64,000 bases of DNA from a virus. The DNA is taken from positions 70,397-134,396 of IMG/VR virus record IMGVR_UViG_3300033146_003479, one strand, 5' to 3'. Made by a program: the position numbers and the translations under genes. Shown here piece after piece: positions 59,626 through 64,000 of this stretch (positions are counted from its first letter, which is position 1; every line of letters starts with the position of its first letter). The notes under the pieces are model-generated. The model saw nothing but the letters and a program-made list of their open reading frames with translations, made no database searches and had not been told where the DNA came from.

Positions 59626-61530
59626 TTAAAAAAGCCAACTAACATCTTCCATTGTTTTTCTTACGTCCTTTTCTTGCTGAGTTACTCTTGGAACTCCATC
59701 TTTAGCACTGATTATGAGATTTGCATTTTGATCTTTTTCTCGTTGCATATCTTCCTTGGCTTGTTGCATAACAAATGGATCTTTTCCGTTAGCAATATGC
59801 TTAAAATATTGTTGAGTTTTTGCTAAATATGAAAAATTCAATACTGTCATAGTTAAATCATCATGATATCCGGCTTCTGCTCCATATGTATATTTAATAG
59901 GATGTAATATGAAGTGATATAATTCATCGTATGCTTGAGGATCTAATATGATCAATTTTCCACTTTCAATTAAAAATTTCATATATTCAGCACCTTGCTT
60001 TTTTGTTCGCTTAGTGGTTCTAATTCCTAATTCATAATATTTTCCCTCTTTCAATTTAGATTGACTATTTAAATTTAAGTTAACAATATTTTCATATTCT
60101 AAAGTGTGCCATAAATCTTTTACTACTCCATCACCAATTGAATTATTCTCAATTAACACGTGAGCAGTATTATAATACATACCTAATTGATTGATTACAT
60201 ACGGATATTCAATGTTATTAATTCCGTCATTATAAAAAGTAGCAACTTGTTTAAATGGAACTTGAGTGATATCAAATACGGAAATAGCCGAATAATCTTG
60301 CTCTTTACCTTCTGCAACATCTACAGATAAAACATATAAATGATCTTTTATTGGAGTTCCCGAAATTTGTTTGATAGGCTTTTCAAATATTCTAAGACCT
60401 TTTATGAATTTTCCCTCTAATGTCAATTGAATATCTAAAGCGTCCACTTTAAATTCTCTTTCTAGACTCTCTAATAGTTTACCATCAATCAACATATCGG
60501 ACGTATCTAAAAAGTCGCCAGCATACTCTTGATTAAATTTCTCAATACTTCCCATTTCTTGAATTTGCTTTGCTCTCCATTCTTCATCTCTATCTGGATG
60601 AGCGTCCCATGATATTTCACTAGCAACAAAAGATGAATGACCTAATTGAGCATCTCTAAAGAATCTCCAAAAATGGTTTTTACCTTTAGGAGTCGAAGTG
60701 ATCAGAATTCGAGCAGTCACCGATGATGCAATAACAGGAAACGTCGACTCAATAAATGCTTCAACTAAGTTCTTTGGTATTAATGCAAACTCATCAATAT
60801 ATAATAACGCAATTGATTTACCTGAAATTGAGGCTGCTGATGTGGATGCCGCAATTATTTGACATCCATTCTCGAACGTTATAGAATGCTTATTGAATTC
60901 ATGTATTCCTGGCTTCAAAAACATAGGTAAATTATAATATGTTAATTTTATTCTATCAAGAATTTCCTTTGTAGTACTTTGTTTATTTGCTAATATAGCA
61001 ACATTCTTATCCTTATTGAACATCACAAATATTAAAATAAAAGCCGCGGCTACAGTAGTATTGTGACTTAATATGTCATTTGTATAAAAAGTGTGATCAC
61101 TATCATCACTTAATTGTAAATCATACATGTTTTCTTGTCTAGAGAATTTTTGGACATATTTCACTCCTTGAAGTCCCGTTTTCGTTTGAATTAAATTTCC
61201 ACATCTCAAGGATCGTAAGCGTTGCTTTTCGTGAAGATCATTCATAACTAAATGATCATCTGCTCCTCGAATTATCGAATCATCATTTAGTTTCACTTGC
61301 CACACGTCATATTGCACAGTCTTAAATGAATTCTTTACTTTATTCCAACCATTGTGACTTTTTACCCAAAATGACTCATCGAAAATAGTCTTTTCAATAA
61401 ATTTCAATTCATTATTGTTATATATTTCAACATCGTCCTGATGTCCATATTTATCATGAAATTCTCTAATAGTTATTTCCTCATAATCATATATCCAGCG
61501 TTCCAATATATGTTTTATCCACTTGAACAT
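59626..61530 (-). CDS. terL: large terminase C-part, preceded by split-intein C-fragment (157 aa, 61530-61060)
   Basis: ADDH, MYDL, ILSHN/T; then TTVAAA, ILANK, YIDEFA Walker B, TSTPKG, SVDVAEG, ENNSIG, HDDL as in T4 gp17. Confidence 0.93.
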   Translation of the reverse strand: MFKWIKHILERWIYDYEEITIREFHDKYGHQDDVEIYNNNELKFIEKTIFDESFWVKSHNGWNKVKNSFKTVQYDVWQVKLNDDSIIRGADDHLVMNDLHEKQRLRSLRCGNLIQTKTGLQGVKYVQKFSRQENMYDLQLSDDSDHTFYTNDILSHNTTVAAAFILIFVMFNKDKNVAILANKQSTTKEILDRIKLTYYNLPMFLKPGIHEFNKHSITFENGCQIIAASTSAASISGKSIALLYIDEFALIPKNLVEAFIESTFPVIASSVTARILITSTPKGKNHFWRFFRDAQLGHSSFVASEISWDAHPDRDEEWRAKQIQEMGSIEKFNQEYAGDFLDTSDMLIDGKLLESLEREFKVDALDIQLTLEGKFIKGLRIFEKPIKQISGTPIKDHLYVLSVDVAEGKEQDYSAISVFDITQVPFKQVATFYNDGINNIEYPYVINQLGMYYNTAHVLIENNSIGDGVVKDLWHTLEYENIVNLNLNSQSKLKEGKYYELGIRTTKRTKKQGAEYMKFLIESGKLIILDPQAYDELYHFILHPIKYTYGAEAGYHDDLTMTVLNFSYLAKTQQYFKHIANGKDPFVMQQAKEDMQREKDQNANLIISAKDGVPRVTQQEKDVRKTMEDVSWLF

Positions 61531-61559
61531 CTATATTACTCCATTAATTGTTATAGTGT

Positions 61560-61614
61560 TATTTATGGAAATCGGACATCAATCATTCTAATTGATTTAT
61601 ATTATTCATAAATA
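61560..61614. promoter_or_regulatory. divergent late promoters for the two terminase halves
   Basis: CATAAATA on minus strand (61560-61567) and on plus strand (61607-61614); AGGAGG SD at 61640-61645; GGAG SD before 61530. Confidence 0.7.
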
Positions 61615-62148
61615 TAATATAATATAATAATATGATATGAGGAGGTTTCATATGACAAAAAAATTATTGAACGATGATCTGGAGGTTCAAGCGTATGAGG
61701 AATTCATGCAACAGTTGGCAGCCGAAGATTGGACAAAATCAAAAAAAAGAGAAAAGCCAGATTTAGAGGATTTCACACATGATGTGAACGATAAAGAAAT
61801 CGCATTTATGGGAGATGCGAGAATAAAGCCAGCAAAAACTGAATTGCCTTTGATGAAAACAGGTAAATATGAAGAGTATGCAAAAGAAATATATCATTGT
61901 TATACTAATCCTCTATATACCATAAAAAACTACTTCAAAATTATTCATCAACAAAAGGGGCAAATCGATCTGGTTCTGTATGATTTTCAAGTTCAATTCA
62001 TTAAAAGTTGCTTGGAGAACACCAGACTCATCGCTAAATGGCCTCGACAAGTGGGCAAATGCGTTGTTGGTTCTACAAAAATTAATATTCGACGAGAATC
62101 TAAGAATTATTTTAAAAAGAATATATTAAAATTAATTAGAAAGATTGA
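61579..62148. repeat. imperfect 20 bp inverted repeat (18/20) bounding the terL N-half
   Basis: 61579-61598 TCAATCATTCTAATTGATTT vs reverse complement of 62129-62148 TCAATCTTTCTAATTAATTT. Confidence 0.75.
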
Positions 62149-62161
62149 CTCCACATTTTAA
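61652..62161 (+). CDS. terL: large terminase N-part fused to short split-intein N-fragment (33 aa, 62060-62158)
   Basis: NPLYTIKNY, LYDFQ Q-motif, KWPRQVGK Walker A start, then CVVGSTKI; AGGAGG SD. Confidence 0.9.
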   Translation: MTKKLLNDDLEVQAYEEFMQQLAAEDWTKSKKREKPDLEDFTHDVNDKEIAFMGDARIKPAKTELPLMKTGKYEEYAKEIYHCYTNPLYTIKNYFKIIHQQKGQIDLVLYDFQVQFIKSCLENTRLIAKWPRQVGKCVVGSTKINIRRESKNYFKKNILKLIRKIDSTF

Positions 62162-63176
62162 TTATCTCATTTACATGGAAATCTATTATGGAATCTTTAG
62201 TTTCATTAAAATCTTTTTCCCAAACATCATAGAAAATGACATTCTCATCGATTAATATTTGTTTTTTAATTGCATCTTTTTCCCAAATTTCATGAGCATA
62301 TTTTTTACCTATCATATCTGTTTTATTATATAATTTTGGATTTGCATGCCAATAATCTCCTTGAAATTCAATGCAATAATTTAATCTCGAAACAAAAAAG
62401 TCTAATGTGAAGGGTGAATATTTTTTATATTCTGTATTTAATTCTGCAAAGTGACATTCTTTTTGAATAAATTTAGGCAATTTATTATATATATGCCAAA
62501 ATAACTCTTGTGAAATTTGAGAATAGTTGTTAAATGACATACTATTGATCCATTTAATCTGTCTATTTTTCCAAATTTCTAATCCTTTAATTTGTCCATA
62601 TTTCAGAATACATTTGTCCTTTGAAAAGGTACATTGTCGTTCGCTTAATTTTAGACGAGCATCTTCTTCATTATATCCTTGATTTATCCAATATAATAAC
62701 GTGGTACTATTATTGCCATTATTTTTATGACTATTTGAGTTTTTCATTTTCACTTGTTCAATTTTCAATCTTATATTATCCGACGAAAGGTGTTCATAAT
62801 TAAGATACTTCAAACTCATCGGACTAAATTTGCCTTGATGATCGTATGCAACATTTAATTTACCTTTCATTCGGTTGGAAGCCGATGTTTGATATTTTTC
62901 GGATCGAACATCGTTTGATGTTAAATTATATTTCAAATAGTATTCTTCAATTTTAATATTATGAGTTACTGTAATGTGTGGAATTAAATCATTCTCACTA
63001 GCAAATCCGCAAATTTCGCATCGAATGACATCGCTTCGATTTGAATATTTAATCTTGTTTTTTGTTAAATCTCGTTGACGACGTTTTATAATGGAACATT
63101 GACGACATAACTTTTGATATCCTCGTTTGCTTTTATCAATGAATGTATTTTGACAAGTTAAACAAATTTTCTCCAT
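62136..63176 (-). CDS. free-standing homing endonuclease, Vsr-like PD-(D/E)xK (EDxHD-type), with N-terminal zinc fingers
   Basis: CxxC..CxxC and C2H2 fingers; LDFF..CIEFQGDYWHAN..KD..K..VWE. Confidence 0.8.
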   Translation of the reverse strand: MEKICLTCQNTFIDKSKRGYQKLCRQCSIIKRRQRDLTKNKIKYSNRSDVIRCEICGFASENDLIPHITVTHNIKIEEYYLKYNLTSNDVRSEKYQTSASNRMKGKLNVAYDHQGKFSPMSLKYLNYEHLSSDNIRLKIEQVKMKNSNSHKNNGNNSTTLLYWINQGYNEEDARLKLSERQCTFSKDKCILKYGQIKGLEIWKNRQIKWINSMSFNNYSQISQELFWHIYNKLPKFIQKECHFAELNTEYKKYSPFTLDFFVSRLNYCIEFQGDYWHANPKLYNKTDMIGKKYAHEIWEKDAIKKQILIDENVIFYDVWEKDFNETKDSIIDFHVNEIIKMWSQSF

Positions 63177-63733
63177 TAACTGCTTAGAACTTTAATATTA
63201 GATTTTTTCTGTGCTTCAATGGTTCGCCTTTCCATATTTAACTCAATCATAGATGAAATTAAATCATTTGTATTTTGAATAGTCGCTACACTACCTTCAA
63301 GTGTACCATTATTCTCAACTTTCACGTTTATCTTATTCGCTGGGACTTCAATGACTGCCATATTTAATTCAGAAACCATCTGAAACATTTTGGCTAAAAC
63401 TTCAAATGCCATATGTTTATTTGAAAGATTGCTAATCACAGTTACCATATATTCATTTAACATGAATTTGGCTTTCTCAAGAAGTTCGATTTTGTTTTCA
63501 AGAACATACTTATCTAAGTCCTCTTGATCAACTTGAGATTTTAACATATCTATTTTCAGTTGGATTTGATTTAATTTTTCTTGACGTAACTTTTCAACTT
63601 CCTCATCTGACATTTCTAATATTTCATTTATATTTTGACTATTGGAGTTTGCTGAAGGTATAGTATCTCTAGCAATTGATATTCCTCCTCGAATTAGATC
63701 ATCAATACTGGAATTATTATTTTCATTTGACAT
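63176..63733 (-). CDS. terS: probable small terminase subunit, T4 gp16-like
   Basis: AFEVLAKM..NN..TNDL pattern, helical; position upstream of the terL locus; TAATG coupling to the endonuclease. Confidence 0.6.
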   Translation of the reverse strand: MSNENNNSSIDDLIRGGISIARDTIPSANSNSQNINEILEMSDEEVEKLRQEKLNQIQLKIDMLKSQVDQEDLDKYVLENKIELLEKAKFMLNEYMVTVISNLSNKHMAFEVLAKMFQMVSELNMAVIEVPANKINVKVENNGTLEGSVATIQNTNDLISSMIELNMERRTIEAQKKSNIKVLSS

Positions 63734-63826
63734 TTCTATTCTCTCTACTTATTAATCATATATTTATTTATTGTTTCTTGAAACCACTAAATAATAATAT
63801 TATTTTACAATAGAGGAGACATACTT

Positions 63827-64000
63827 ATGAAGAGGTTTCGACCGGATTATTTATATGAGATGATGTTAAATGAAGCCATGAGTGAAGATGACTTTTATAT
63901 CAAACGAAACGTGGACAAAGTGATGTCAAAGTCAGAATTCAAGAAATTCGTCGAGACGGATCCATCAAGTAAGAATGGTGAAGTTGGTAAATTGACCACG
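63827..64000 (+). CDS. partial hypothetical protein (runs off the window)
   Basis: GAGGAG SD, ATG 63827, open to the end; MLNE motif. Confidence 0.6.
   Translation, partial: MKRFRPDYLYEMMLNEAMSEDDFYIKRNVDKVMSKSEFKKFVETDPSSKNGEVGKLTT

Noticed and set aside
61579-62148. Terminase inversion as a simple k-mer misassembly
   Set aside because: Longest exact match between the repeats is 8 bp, below usual k, and two junctions would both have to be wrong; not fully excluded without reads
1-64000. Stop-codon reassignment
   Set aside because: TAA, TAG and TGA all end genes at sensible positions, and conserved genes are full length under code 11
1-64000. tRNA or rRNA genes
   Set aside because: Intergenic gaps are short and no cloverleaf or T-loop (GTTCGA) context was recognised; a tRNAscan-SE run would confirm

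Overview
AT-rich 64 kb segment of a large T4-like (myovirus/jumbo) phage genome. Strong GGAG Shine-Dalgarno sites and a class III anaerobic RNR suggest an anaerobic bacterial host; the genetic code is standard. Layout: (1) 1-11.8 kb accessory/metabolic genes: HxGH nucleotidyltransferase, CCA-adding enzyme, phosphoesterase, Pol-beta-like nucleotidyltransferase, CoaE, an IMPDH/GMPR gene fractured by a split intein, and a glycosyltransferase. (2) 11.8-50.3 kb, about 38 kb of modular, partly duplicated fibre/adhesin-like virion genes, with neck gp14 and baseplate gp25. (3) 50.3-58.7 kb uvsX, gp41 helicase, nrdG, and nrdD carrying a LAGLIDADG intein that starts with Thr. (4) 58.7-63.7 kb packaging locus. 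The packaging locus is the most striking part. The large terminase is split inside its Walker A motif by an atypical split intein, and the two halves are encoded head-to-head on opposite strands. The N-half sits on a 570 bp segment bounded by an 18/20 inverted repeat. Inverting that segment would give a co-directional TerS-endonuclease-TerL(N)-TerL(C) operon with all reading frames intact and only the IntN tail changed. This is a candidate invertible (or once-inverted) half-gene, possible because protein trans-splicing frees the halves from colinearity. All protein calls come from motif recognition by eye; no database searches were run.
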